This document shows, piece after piece, positions 47,395-57,054 of a stretch of DNA of 64,000 nt; within the stretch, counting starts at the first letter, position 1; each line of letters starts with the position of its first letter. Source of the stretch: Chloropicon primus. Lineage: Eukaryota. The position numbers were made by a program, and so were the translations under genes. The stretch spans positions 372,001 through 436,000 of the forward strand of contig CP060762.1 of assembly GCA_023205875.1 (NCBI GenBank), read 5' to 3'. The notes below the pieces were generated by a model, which was not told the DNA's origin, ran no database searches, and worked only from the letters and a program-made list of their open reading frames with translations.

Positions 47395-48482
47395 ATGCCG
47401 CGCAGCAAGAGACAGAGGGTTGGTAAGTGACGCGACGTGATGTAGAGGAAGCCGAAACGCCCGTCGTCACGCTCGGCGGAGGACTCGGACTGACTCGCGC
47501 GGTGCCTTTCTGCTTGTGTTTTTGTTTTTGTTGTTGATGATGATGATGTTGATGCTGTTGATCGATAGTGACGCTCTCGAAGGTGTCGAAGAAGCAGAGG
47601 GAGTGGAAGGAGGGGCTGATCGAGAAGGTGAGGGATGCGGTGGACAAGTTCCCGTCGGTTTACGTCTTCAAGTACAAGGACATGAAGAACAATTCCTTCA
47701 AGGCTTTGAGAGACAAGCTCAGGGAGTCCAGCAGGTTTTTCCTGGGCTCGAACAAGGTCCTTCAGGTCGCCTTGGGCCGCGAGGCGGCCGACGAGGTCAG
47801 AGAGAACATGAGTCAGTTGTCCAAGCTTATCAAGGGTAAGTCCCTCATTCGTGAGACCTTTTTCGTGTCTCTTTGCGCGTGCGCGCTCTTGCCTTCCCCC
47901 TTGCCTTGTTTCGTTGCTTTGTTCCCAGGCCGGCTCCTGCTCCGAGGGAGGAACTCGCTGTTGCCGTTGTTTTCGGAGCGTTGTTGACTGACACGCACGC
48001 GTTTACTTCCTTCCTTCCCTTTTGCTGCCTTCTCAGGTCACGTCGGCCTCCTGTTCACCGAGCTGCCTCTTGAGAAGGTGAAGGAAGAGTTCGAGGGCGT
48101 GGTCGAGCCCGAGTTCGCAAAGGCTGGCGCCAAGGCCAAGGAGACGGTGAGCTTTTCCAAGGGCAAGGTGGACGGTCCCCACGGGAACAAGCTCGAGCAC
48201 ACCCTCGAGCCCACCCTCAGGAAGAACGGCATGCCCACCAAGCTGAACAAGGGGACGATAGAGTTGATCACAGATTTCACCCTGTGTGAGAAGGGGGAGA
48301 GCCTGACGCCCGCGCAGGCGGCCCTCCTCAGGATCTTCGACTACAAGTTCGCACAGTTCGAGATGCGGCTCTTGTGCAAGTGGCACGAGGACAAGTTCGA
48401 GGAGTACGAGGACGAGAGCGAGGACGAGGAGAGCGACGAGGACGACTTGGAGGAGGAGCTGAACCCTTTCGAAGGATACTGA
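47395..48482 (+). CDS. MRT4: mRNA turnover protein 4 / ribosome assembly factor
   Basis: join(47395..47422,47569..47835,48037..48482): MPRSKRQRVVTLSKV..SRFFLGSNKVLQVALG..GHVGLLFT..LEPTLRKNGMPTKL..LTPAQAALL. Confidence 0.95.
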
Positions 48483-49655
48483 GGAATACTGGCACGGCGC
48501 CGAATCAACCAAGCGGCGCGATTGTAATTTAATATTGGAATCATTTGGGCCCCTGTTCGAAGTTGACTGGAGCGCTTCGCTTGGATGTGGTGATGGACTC
48601 ACCTCACAAGAGGAGAGAGGTGATTCAATGATTCCTTCACCACTTCCCCTTCGTACTTTCGTATTTGATCCCAAATTTGTGCAAGGTCGTCGCGAACCCC
48701 TCCTGGACAACAACACAAACAAGATCCGATTGCAAAACCACCCGACGCGACGAACATGTGATGACAAGTTTCCTTTAAGTTGTTGGAGACCGTAGACCGT
48801 CATTCTACACGATCTCGAAATCGGCGGCGCCCTCTTGGTCTGTCTCGACAATTAGAATATATCGCCAAAGGTGCCCGTTGGCAACCTCCTTACGAAAACG
48901 AAAAAATCTCCTCCCTCCTCCCTCCTCCTCCTCCTCCTCCCTCCTGCTAGCTGCTCCTCCTCCCTCCTTCATGTTCCTCATGGAATCGGAATTCTTATTT
49001 TTCTCTAAGTAAAACCTCGGTACCCAACCCAAAAACGAAACGAAACGAAAACCATGGTTTCCCTCCCTCCCTCCTCTAAGAAAAACCTTCTAAGTAAAAC
49101 CTTGGTACCCAAACCTCCCTCCCTCCCTCCCTCCCTCCCCCTCTAGTAGTCTCTCGGTCTTCCCCTTCCCACTGGAGGTCCAGGTTGGCTCTGGCTCTGG
49201 CGACCGTCTTTGTCTTTGTCTTTGTCCGTTTTGAAACAAACAGCACAGCTCGTGTTCAAGGAGAGCAAAGAGCAAAGGAGCGAAACAGTTCAAGAAAAAA
49301 AACTCTTCTCGCTCCACTCACTCACGTGTGCCCGTGCGTGCGTTTGCTTTGGCCTTTGCTCAAGCCCCAAGGCTTGGTCACCTACCCTAGCACACCTCCA
49401 AGGTTAGCCTTTGGCATTGGTTTTGACTCCAGTGCGCATCATTGGGCATCTTGCAGGTGAGGAGCGGCATTGAGGAAGCGGCGGTGACGTGAGCAAAACT
49501 AAACTGCCTTCCTTACTCCCTTGAGGCAGAGAGACAGTGAGAGCCATTGGAGTTGGCCATGGAGAACTGAGTGCAGTGTCTCCGTCGTGTTAGGCTTTGG
49601 TTCGGGAGGACAAAGGGGAGAAGAGCAAGAGAGAGGAAGGGCAAGACCGAGAAAG

Positions 49656-51161
49656 ATGAAGCGGACTCCCTCGTTCGAGAGGTTGTTCACATCTCCCAAG
49701 CAGTGGAACTTGTTTTTCATCTTCGTGATATTCGTCCTGGCGGTGTTCTCCATACGAACGGTGGACACGAGGAGGAAGATAGACTTCTCGATAGAGTACG
49801 GCTTGTTCGGGACGAGGAAGGACTTGTCACACGGAAGCTTGGAGGTGACCTTGAAGACTTTAGTCAAGAAGGATGGACCCCAAGACCCAGTAGCGGTGCC
49901 GGACATTGAGGAGATATGTCCTCACGCCCATTACCAGGCAGAGAGGAGTTTGGTGGGGTCCAGTAACGGCACGGCCTCAGCCGAGGAGCACATCCGTGTG
50001 CTGCAAGGGGCAGGAAGCAGGCAGAGGATAGCGCTTTACACTGGAGCGTACAACCATATTAGGGACGGCGTGAGCATGACCTTGAACCGTATGGTCAAGT
50101 ACCTGCTTGCCCAAGGGCACGAGGTTCTCGTCCTGGCTCCAACGAACTCTCACCCGGTGATCAACCACGCCGGGAAGCTTTCGCCGGTGCCCTCGTTGCA
50201 GATACCTGGCCGAGGGGACTACCAGCTGAGCACGTTCTTGACCAAGGAGCTCAAGGAGGAGCTGGAGGAGTTCAGGCCGACGGTGGTGCACATCGCTACC
50301 CCGGATCCCGTGGGCTGGCAGGTGCAGAAGTGGGCCGTGCAGCACGAGATCGCCATCGCTTGCAGCTTCCACACCCACTTCACGAGCTACATGTCTTACT
50401 ACGGGTTGGGCTTCTTGGAGAACTACGCTTGGGACTTGACGCGCAAGTTTTACAACCAGTGCCACCACACCTACGTCCCCTCTTACGGGATAGCAGACGA
50501 GCTGAGGCACCACGGGGTGAAGCACGGGTTGCTTTTGTGGACCAGGGGGGTGGACACGGACGTGTACAGCCCGAGGAAGAAGTGCCCGGCATTGAGGCAG
50601 AAACTGAAGATCAAGAACGATGAGCCTGTCGTGCTTCTTGCGTGCAGGCTGGTGTGGGAGAAGGGTCTCCAAGTCTACGTCGACGTGATCAAGAGGCTGG
50701 AGGCCCAGGGGATCAAGCACAAGAGCGTTGTGGCAGGAGACGGTCCTGCACGGGCAAAGATGCAGCAGCTCCTTCCAAACACCATATTCTTGGGTGCCCA
50801 GAAGCCGGAGCAGCTCTCGTGCACCTACGCAAGCTCGGACGTGTACATCTTTCCTAGCCGCACGGAAACCTTTGGGGTAACGATTGCGGAGGCGATGGCG
50901 TCCGGCCTTCCGGTCGTCGTGGCCAACGCATCCGGGCCCGCCATGATGGTCAAGCACGGGGTTAACGGGTACATGGCACCTCCTACCGACAGCAAGGTTT
51001 TCTTTGACTACGCCAAGGAGCTGGTCACCGACTCGGAGCTGCGGCAAAGGATGAGCAAATCGGGTAGGGAGATCGCGGTTCAGACCTTCCACTGGTCTGA
51101 AGTGTTCAACAACCTTGTAAACTACTATGATGTATTGGCAGAGGCGATATCCCCGAGATGA
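49656..51161 (+). CDS. GT4 glycosyltransferase (MgtA/SQD2-like) with N-terminal membrane anchor
   Basis: DGVSMTL, VHIATP, SFHTHF, WTRGVD, RLVWEKG, GDGP, FPSRTETFGVTIAEAMASGLPVV; TM segment LFFIFVIFVLAVFSI. Confidence 0.9.
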   Translation: MKRTPSFERLFTSPKQWNLFFIFVIFVLAVFSIRTVDTRRKIDFSIEYGLFGTRKDLSHGSLEVTLKTLVKKDGPQDPVAVPDIEEICPHAHYQAERSLVGSSNGTASAEEHIRVLQGAGSRQRIALYTGAYNHIRDGVSMTLNRMVKYLLAQGHEVLVLAPTNSHPVINHAGKLSPVPSLQIPGRGDYQLSTFLTKELKEELEEFRPTVVHIATPDPVGWQVQKWAVQHEIAIACSFHTHFTSYMSYYGLGFLENYAWDLTRKFYNQCHHTYVPSYGIADELRHHGVKHGLLLWTRGVDTDVYSPRKKCPALRQKLKIKNDEPVVLLACRLVWEKGLQVYVDVIKRLEAQGIKHKSVVAGDGPARAKMQQLLPNTIFLGAQKPEQLSCTYASSDVYIFPSRTETFGVTIAEAMASGLPVVVANASGPAMMVKHGVNGYMAPPTDSKVFFDYAKELVTDSELRQRMSKSGREIAVQTFHWSEVFNNLVNYYDVLAEAISPR

Positions 51162-51710
51162 GCACCGCGGAGGGAGGCGGGCCTTGGTTTCGCGGCGAAG
51201 CTAGACGACGGGCGCAGGGAAAAGAAACCAACCAACGGGTGCAAAGGAGTGTATAAGTTTTGATAAGTTTCCAGAAGTTGTTTCAGTATAGAGATAGAAT
51301 CGTTGTACTAATTGAAAGATATTCCAAAACCAGGCCTTCCTTCCACACTTGAGCTTCCACTTCCACTTCCTCGCCCGCAGCCACCGCCAGCGAAGCTGTT
51401 ATGGACACCAAAGCCACAAAAGTTGATGGATCAATCCATCCATCGGATGTCCATAGGAAGGAGAAGGGTGGAAGTCAAAGGCAGGCCATCCACCCATGTC
51501 CCTCATTGCTTGACAAGAAAGAACCCAACCCTCCATCCATCCATCCATCCATCCATCCATCCATCGTCTTCCTCCAGCTCCAGCCAAGGGAAGGGAGGGA
51601 AGGAGTGATTCAAAAATTGATCAATCAAGAGGGAGGTGCGGTGCACGAGGTTGGTTGGTCGAGGGTGCGCGGAGGGTGAAGGGACGAAGGGAAGGGACAG
51701 GGACGCTGCA

Positions 51711-54700
51711 ATGGACGCTCGCAAGAAGGCCTCGCTCGAGGCTGGCCGGCGAAAGCTTGAGGAGTTCAAGAAGAGGAAACTTCAGTCCCAAAAGAAAACC
51801 CAAAAGTCTCAAAAGGACAAGGAAGTTCATGCGGAACCTCCAGCGGGACTGGAAGAGGTTGGCGCGACGCTTGGATCGGGGCTTCCGACCAAGGAGCAGA
51901 TGCAGGATCTTGAGGCGAGGTGCCGAAACCTCGAGTCTGAACTGAACAATCAGCACGAGGAGTATGAGCGAGCTCAGAGCCAGCTCAGGTCCCTGGAGAC
52001 GATGTTGGAGGAGAAGGAAGACCTCGTGACGAGCGTGAAGAAGGAGAGCCAGGAGCTGAAGCAGAGCATCGAGCTGGCTAACCAGGAGAAGGAGGACATC
52101 GCACGAAACTTGGATCAGGGTAAAGACTTTCTGCAGACAGTGGTGGACGAGAAGGAACAAGTGATCGAGCAGCTGAGGAAGGAGTCTGCGGAAGTGAAGG
52201 AGGAGAATGCCTTGCTGAAGGGGAGCAATGAGGAGCAAAAGAGGGAGATGGAAGAGATGCAAGCGAAAGAGCAAGAGCTTGATCAGAAGTACAAAGCGTT
52301 CCAAACCAATTTGCAGGATGAACTTGAAACCTTGAAAAGAGCAAAGTCAGACCTCCTGCAGCAAGTGGATCAGTTGACCACAGAACTTGAAGGGCTCAGG
52401 GGTGCGAATCAAGAGAGTTCGGGCCTTCGGGACACCGTGTCAGGCCTAGAACAGAAACTCCAGCATCAACTCGAGGAGTTTCAGAAGGAAAAGCAAACCA
52501 TGTCCGATGAGCTTGAGGGTCTGCAAACGCAATTGGATGAGATGGAAGATATCAACACCAGACTCGAAGCCGCTGCCGAGCAATCATCAAACCAGAGGGA
52601 TGAGGTTCAGGCGCAGGTCTCCGGATTGGAGGAGAGGGAGGCTGATCTTCTGCAACAGATCGAGAGCTTGAACACGGACTTGGAGACGATGAGGGAGGCC
52701 TCTTCTGGCAACGAGGGCCTTCAAGTTGCAATGTCAGAGCTCGAGGAAACGATTGCGTCGAAGGACTCTGAGCTGGGAGACCTTCGTGAGCAAGCCCAGA
52801 CTTACGCTGCGAGTGCGGAACGTCTTGGTGGCGAGCTTGCCAGTTTGCAGTCACAATTGGATGAGATGGAAGACACGAACACCAGACTCGAAGCCGCTGC
52901 TGTGGAGTCATCCACGCAAAGAGATGAGGTTCAGGCCCAGGTCTCTTCCATGCAAGAGAGGGAATCTGATCTTCTGCAACAGATCGAGAGCTTGAACGCG
53001 GACTTGGAGACGATGAGGGAGGCCTCTTCTGGCAACGAGGGCCTTCAAGTTGCAATGTCAGAGCTCGAGGAAACGATTGCGTCGAAGGACTCTGAGCTGG
53101 GAGACCTTCGTGAGCAAGCCCAGACTTACGCTGCGAGTGCGGAACGTCTTGGTGGCGAGCTTGCCAGTTTACAGTCACAGTTGGATGAGATGGAAGATAT
53201 GAACACCAGACTCGAAGCCGCTGCTGTGGAGTCATCCACGCAAAGAGATGAGGTTCAGGTCCAGGTCTCTTCCATGCAAGAGAGGGAATCTGATCTTCTG
53301 CAACAGATCGAGAGCTTGAACGCGGACTTGGAGACGATGAGGGAGGCCTCTTCTGGCAACGAGGGCCTTCAAGTTGCAATGTCAGAGCTCGAGGAAACGA
53401 TTGCGTCGAAGGACTCTGAGCTGGGAGACCTTCGTGAGCAAGCCCAGACTTACGCTGCGAGTGCGGAACGTCTTGGTGGCGAGCTTGCCAGTTTGCAGTC
53501 ACAATTGGATGAGATGGAAGACACGAACACCAGACTCGAAGCCGCTGCTGTGGAGTCATCCACGCAAAGAGATGAGGTTCAGGCCCAGGTCTCTTCCATG
53601 CAAGAGAGGGAATCTGATCTTCTGCAACAGATCGAGAGCTTGAACACGGACTTGGAGACGATGAGGGAGGCCTCTTCTGGCAACGAGGGCCTTCAAGTTG
53701 CAATGTCAGAGCTCGAGGAAACGATTGCGTCGAAGGACTCTGAGCTGGGAGACCTTCGTGAGCAAGCCCAGACTTACGCTGCGAGTGCGGAACGTCTTGG
53801 TGGCGAGCTTGCCAGTTTGCAGTCACAATTGGATGAGATGGAAGACACGAACACCAGACTCGAAGCCGCTGCTGTGGAGTCATCCACGCAAAGAGATGAG
53901 GTTCAGGCCCAGGTCTCTTCCATGCAAGAGAGGGAATCTGATCTTCTGCAACAGATCGAGAGCTTGAACGCGGACTTGGAGACGATGAGGGAGGCCTCTT
54001 CTGGCAACGAGGGCCTTCAAGTTGCAATGTCAGAGCTCGAGGAAACGATTGCGTCGAAGGACTCTGAGCTGGGAGACCTTCGTGAGCAAGCCCAGACTTA
54101 CGCTGCGAGTGCGGAACGTCTTGGTGGCGAGCTTGCCAGTTTGCAGTCACAATTGGATGAGATGGAAGATATGAACACCAGACTCGAAGCCGCTGCTGTG
54201 GAGTCATCCACGCAAAGAGATGAGGTTCAGGTCCAGGTCTCTTCCATGCAAGAGAGGGAATCTGATCTTCTGCAACAGATCGAGAGCTTGAACGCGGACT
54301 TGGAGACGATGAGGGAGGCCTCTTCTGGCAACGAGGGCCTTCAAGTTGCAATGTCAGAGCTCGAGGAAACGATTGCGTCGAAGGACTCTGAGCTGGGAGA
54401 CCTTCGTGAGCAAGCCCAGACTTACGCTGCGAGTGCGGAACGTCTTGGTGGCGAGCTTGCCAGTTTGCAGTCACAATTGGATGAGATGGAAGACACGAAC
54501 ACCAGACTCGAAGCCGCTGCTGTAGAGTCATCCACGCAAAGAGATGAGGTTCAGGCCCAGGTCTCTTCCATGCAAGAGAGGGAATCTGATCTTCTGCAAC
54601 AGATCGAGAGCTTGAACGCGGACTTGGAGACGATGAGGGAGGCCTCTTCTGGCAACGAGGGCCTTCAAGTTGCAATGTCAGAGCTCGAGGGCAATGTGGC

Positions 54701-55805
54701 AAAGGAGAAAGAGAACAATGCTTATCTGGAGCACCTTGTGAAGGAAAAGGAATTGCTGATTGGGAGGCTCAATGCAGATATCGAAGATGTTTCCAACAGC
54801 GCTGAGAACAAGCTCAATCATCTGAGGGCTGATCTTGATGAATTTAAGTCGCTTTACGAGAAGTCGCAGGATGACTTGAATGCTCTTGAGAAGGAAAAGA
54901 ATGAGCTCATGAAGGATTTGGCAGGTAGGGAACAGGAATACTCCGGACAGAATGAGAGTCTGCAGGCGGAACTCCTTCAGCTGAGGTCGAAGTTGCAGGA
55001 GACGGCGGCCATTGAGGAAAGTTATGTGGCTTCTGCAACTGAGGTTGATACTCTAAAGGCTTTGGTGGAAACGCTCAAGTCCGAAAATTCTGCACTGGTT
55101 TCCCAGTCCAAGGACCAAACTGAGCTTACGGAATCTGTCTTGAACGAGAAGGACCAGTACCTGGCTGAACTGGAAGAGCTTTTGGCACTGAACGAAAAGT
55201 TGAAGGAGGACAAAAGGTCGCTTGAAAGTGACTTTGAGTCGTTCAAGTCCTCAGCGCAAGTCACGAGGGCTGATGACAGCGAGGTCGTGGAGCTGAAGTC
55301 CATAAACGAGGACCTCAAGGGAAAGAATCAGAATCTTTTGGCCGAGACAGATAACCTCAGGGACCAGATCTACGAGACGAATAAGCAAGTTCAACAGCTT
55401 GTGTCCGAAAAGTCTCAAGAGAGGCACGAGAGAGAAGCCCTGGAACAGAATTATGCACAGCTCCAAGCGAGGTATGCACAAGCGAACGACGACCTCTCCC
55501 AGTTGAATATGAACTTGAAGTCGCCTCCCCAAGAGCGCAAGCTTGCGTTCACCAACAAGAAGAATGAGGACGACTTGTATGATGTGGAAGCTGCCCTCGT
55601 CAGTGGCGGGTCCTCGGGATTCATGCCGCTAGTGGGTCTCCTCAGATCCCTCCCTTCCTTGCTTCAGCTCAAGCTGTTCATCCTAGCAGCCACGGCGGTG
55701 GACAAGGTGACGATAGCGGTCCACACCAAGCCTGGGACTCGGCTGCTTTTCTGGTTGTACACGTTATTATTACACCTCTACGTCTTCTTCAGCATTATTT
55801 TGTAA
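51711..55805 (+). CDS. Golgin-like tail-anchored coiled-coil protein with 108-aa repeats
   Basis: N-terminal LEAGRRKLEEFKKRK motif, acidic coiled coil, C-terminal P.TRLLFWLYTLLLHLYVFF TM resembling golgin-84/CASP tails. Confidence 0.8.
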   Translation: MDARKKASLEAGRRKLEEFKKRKLQSQKKTQKSQKDKEVHAEPPAGLEEVGATLGSGLPTKEQMQDLEARCRNLESELNNQHEEYERAQSQLRSLETMLEEKEDLVTSVKKESQELKQSIELANQEKEDIARNLDQGKDFLQTVVDEKEQVIEQLRKESAEVKEENALLKGSNEEQKREMEEMQAKEQELDQKYKAFQTNLQDELETLKRAKSDLLQQVDQLTTELEGLRGANQESSGLRDTVSGLEQKLQHQLEEFQKEKQTMSDELEGLQTQLDEMEDINTRLEAAAEQSSNQRDEVQAQVSGLEEREADLLQQIESLNTDLETMREASSGNEGLQVAMSELEETIASKDSELGDLREQAQTYAASAERLGGELASLQSQLDEMEDTNTRLEAAAVESSTQRDEVQAQVSSMQERESDLLQQIESLNADLETMREASSGNEGLQVAMSELEETIASKDSELGDLREQAQTYAASAERLGGELASLQSQLDEMEDMNTRLEAAAVESSTQRDEVQVQVSSMQERESDLLQQIESLNADLETMREASSGNEGLQVAMSELEETIASKDSELGDLREQAQTYAASAERLGGELASLQSQLDEMEDTNTRLEAAAVESSTQRDEVQAQVSSMQERESDLLQQIESLNTDLETMREASSGNEGLQVAMSELEETIASKDSELGDLREQAQTYAASAERLGGELASLQSQLDEMEDTNTRLEAAAVESSTQRDEVQAQVSSMQERESDLLQQIESLNADLETMREASSGNEGLQVAMSELEETIASKDSELGDLREQAQTYAASAERLGGELASLQSQLDEMEDMNTRLEAAAVESSTQRDEVQVQVSSMQERESDLLQQIESLNADLETMREASSGNEGLQVAMSELEETIASKDSELGDLREQAQTYAASAERLGGELASLQSQLDEMEDTNTRLEAAAVESSTQRDEVQAQVSSMQERESDLLQQIESLNADLETMREASSGNEGLQVAMSELEGNVAKEKENNAYLEHLVKEKELLIGRLNADIEDVSNSAENKLNHLRADLDEFKSLYEKSQDDLNALEKEKNELMKDLAGREQEYSGQNESLQAELLQLRSKLQETAAIEESYVASATEVDTLKALVETLKSENSALVSQSKDQTELTESVLNEKDQYLAELEELLALNEKLKEDKRSLESDFESFKSSAQVTRADDSEVVELKSINEDLKGKNQNLLAETDNLRDQIYETNKQVQQLVSEKSQERHEREALEQNYAQLQARYAQANDDLSQLNMNLKSPPQERKLAFTNKKNEDDLYDVEAALVSGGSSGFMPLVGLLRSLPSLLQLKLFILAATAVDKVTIAVHTKPGTRLLFWLYTLLLHLYVFFSIIL
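52530..54690 (+). repeat. Intragenic tandem repeat, 324 bp unit, ~6.7 copies
   Basis: Unit marker ca(a/g)ttggatgagatggaaga at 52530, 52854, 53178, 53502, 53826, 54150, 54474; copies 2-7 nearly identical. Confidence 0.97.
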
Positions 55806-55867
55806 TACTATGATGGTGAATGTTACCACCCTGTAAGCCAGAACACGGTTCCTCTGCCTTTATTTCT

Positions 55868-56251
55868 CTATCTCATGTTCATGTTCAGCCTTCCGAAGAT
55901 CTCCAGCGTGTTAGGGTTCCAGCCATACTGGTGGGATGTCAGCACTGGTCTCTTGAAGACGTCCTGAGGGTAAGGCTTCGCGAACCCCTTGGTCGTTCTC
56001 TTGAAGTGGGTCATGAAAGTGGAGTCCTCGTCCCTCCTCTTGCTCCTTTCTCCCTTGCTTGGCTCGGCATGGGCTGCCTCTCTCTTCGCCATTTGGGTCA
56101 AAGTTTCCCCGTCCTTCTCCACCAAAAAACCCCACTCGTTCGTCCAACTATCCGCAGCATCGATCTCGCTCGTGATGCGCTGCCTCCAGTTCGCATCCTC
56201 GATCACAGCGTTCGTCTTGGGCTCCACCCAATCCCCTTCGAAACCTCCCAT
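55868..56251 (-). CDS. Small protein resembling ciliary microtubule inner proteins (C20orf85/CIMIP1-like)
   Basis: W..RI..E..A...W...WGFL N-terminal motif and P.LTSHQYGW C-terminal motif. Confidence 0.6.
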   Translation of the reverse strand: MGGFEGDWVEPKTNAVIEDANWRQRITSEIDAADSWTNEWGFLVEKDGETLTQMAKREAAHAEPSKGERSKRRDEDSTFMTHFKRTTKGFAKPYPQDVFKRPVLTSHQYGWNPNTLEIFGRLNMNMR

Positions 56252-57054
56252 CCTCAATCCTCAGCAACTGCAATCCTCTCTAATGCAGCAGACAAAGTTG
56301 AAGTGTAATGGAACCTCGTCTTCTTCACGTCGTCGGAAGAAAGAAAGAAAGAAAAGAAAGTGAAAGAGGAAGGAAAGATCCGACTTTTGAGTTGCCAGGC
56401 GTCCTTGCCGTCGTCACTGAACCAAGTCTACCGCTCTGTCTTGCGCAAAGGTCCAACCTTTGCCAATCCACTGCGCCTCTTGTCCTCTTGTTCTGGAGGG
56501 TCAACGGCTGAAGCCCGAACTCCTCGACTATAAGTTATAACGATAACTTTTCCATAATTCACATTTTCACGTCGACACGTGTTTACTACGTGTGAGGTAT
56601 TTCACATTTGAAGTACTTGAACATTTCCATTGAGAGCGAGAACATGGCGCTTCGCTTGGAGAGACGAGGAAGGGGAGGGAGAGAGGAAGGGGATGAGGGA
56701 AGGCGGGTCGGTCAGGAGGTCAGGCTGACCGTCAGTACTTCCTCTCCCCCTCAGGCTTCCATTTTGGGGGAATTTACCACCCAACACCACACCCCCGGCG
56801 GCGTACGCACACGACGAGGGGACCCTCGCGCTCGGAGGCTGAGTGCGGGGGGAGGGGAGGGGGACCCACTTCATGAACAACAACCATCTCTCGGGATGTC
56901 GTGGCTTGGCTTTGAAAAAATCTGTACATCAAAGAAAAAGTGATCGAATCATTTATGGTAACAATAATCAGAGGTTTCTCTGCCCCGAGAGACCTCGCCG
57001 TGGTCGCTGCATATATCCCCGAGAGACCAAAGTTAGGAAGAGGTTCGCCCTCCT

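Noticed and set aside
52552..54702. 716-aa antisense ORF
   Set aside because: By-product of a stop-free 324-bp repeat unit on the strand opposite the golgin-like gene.
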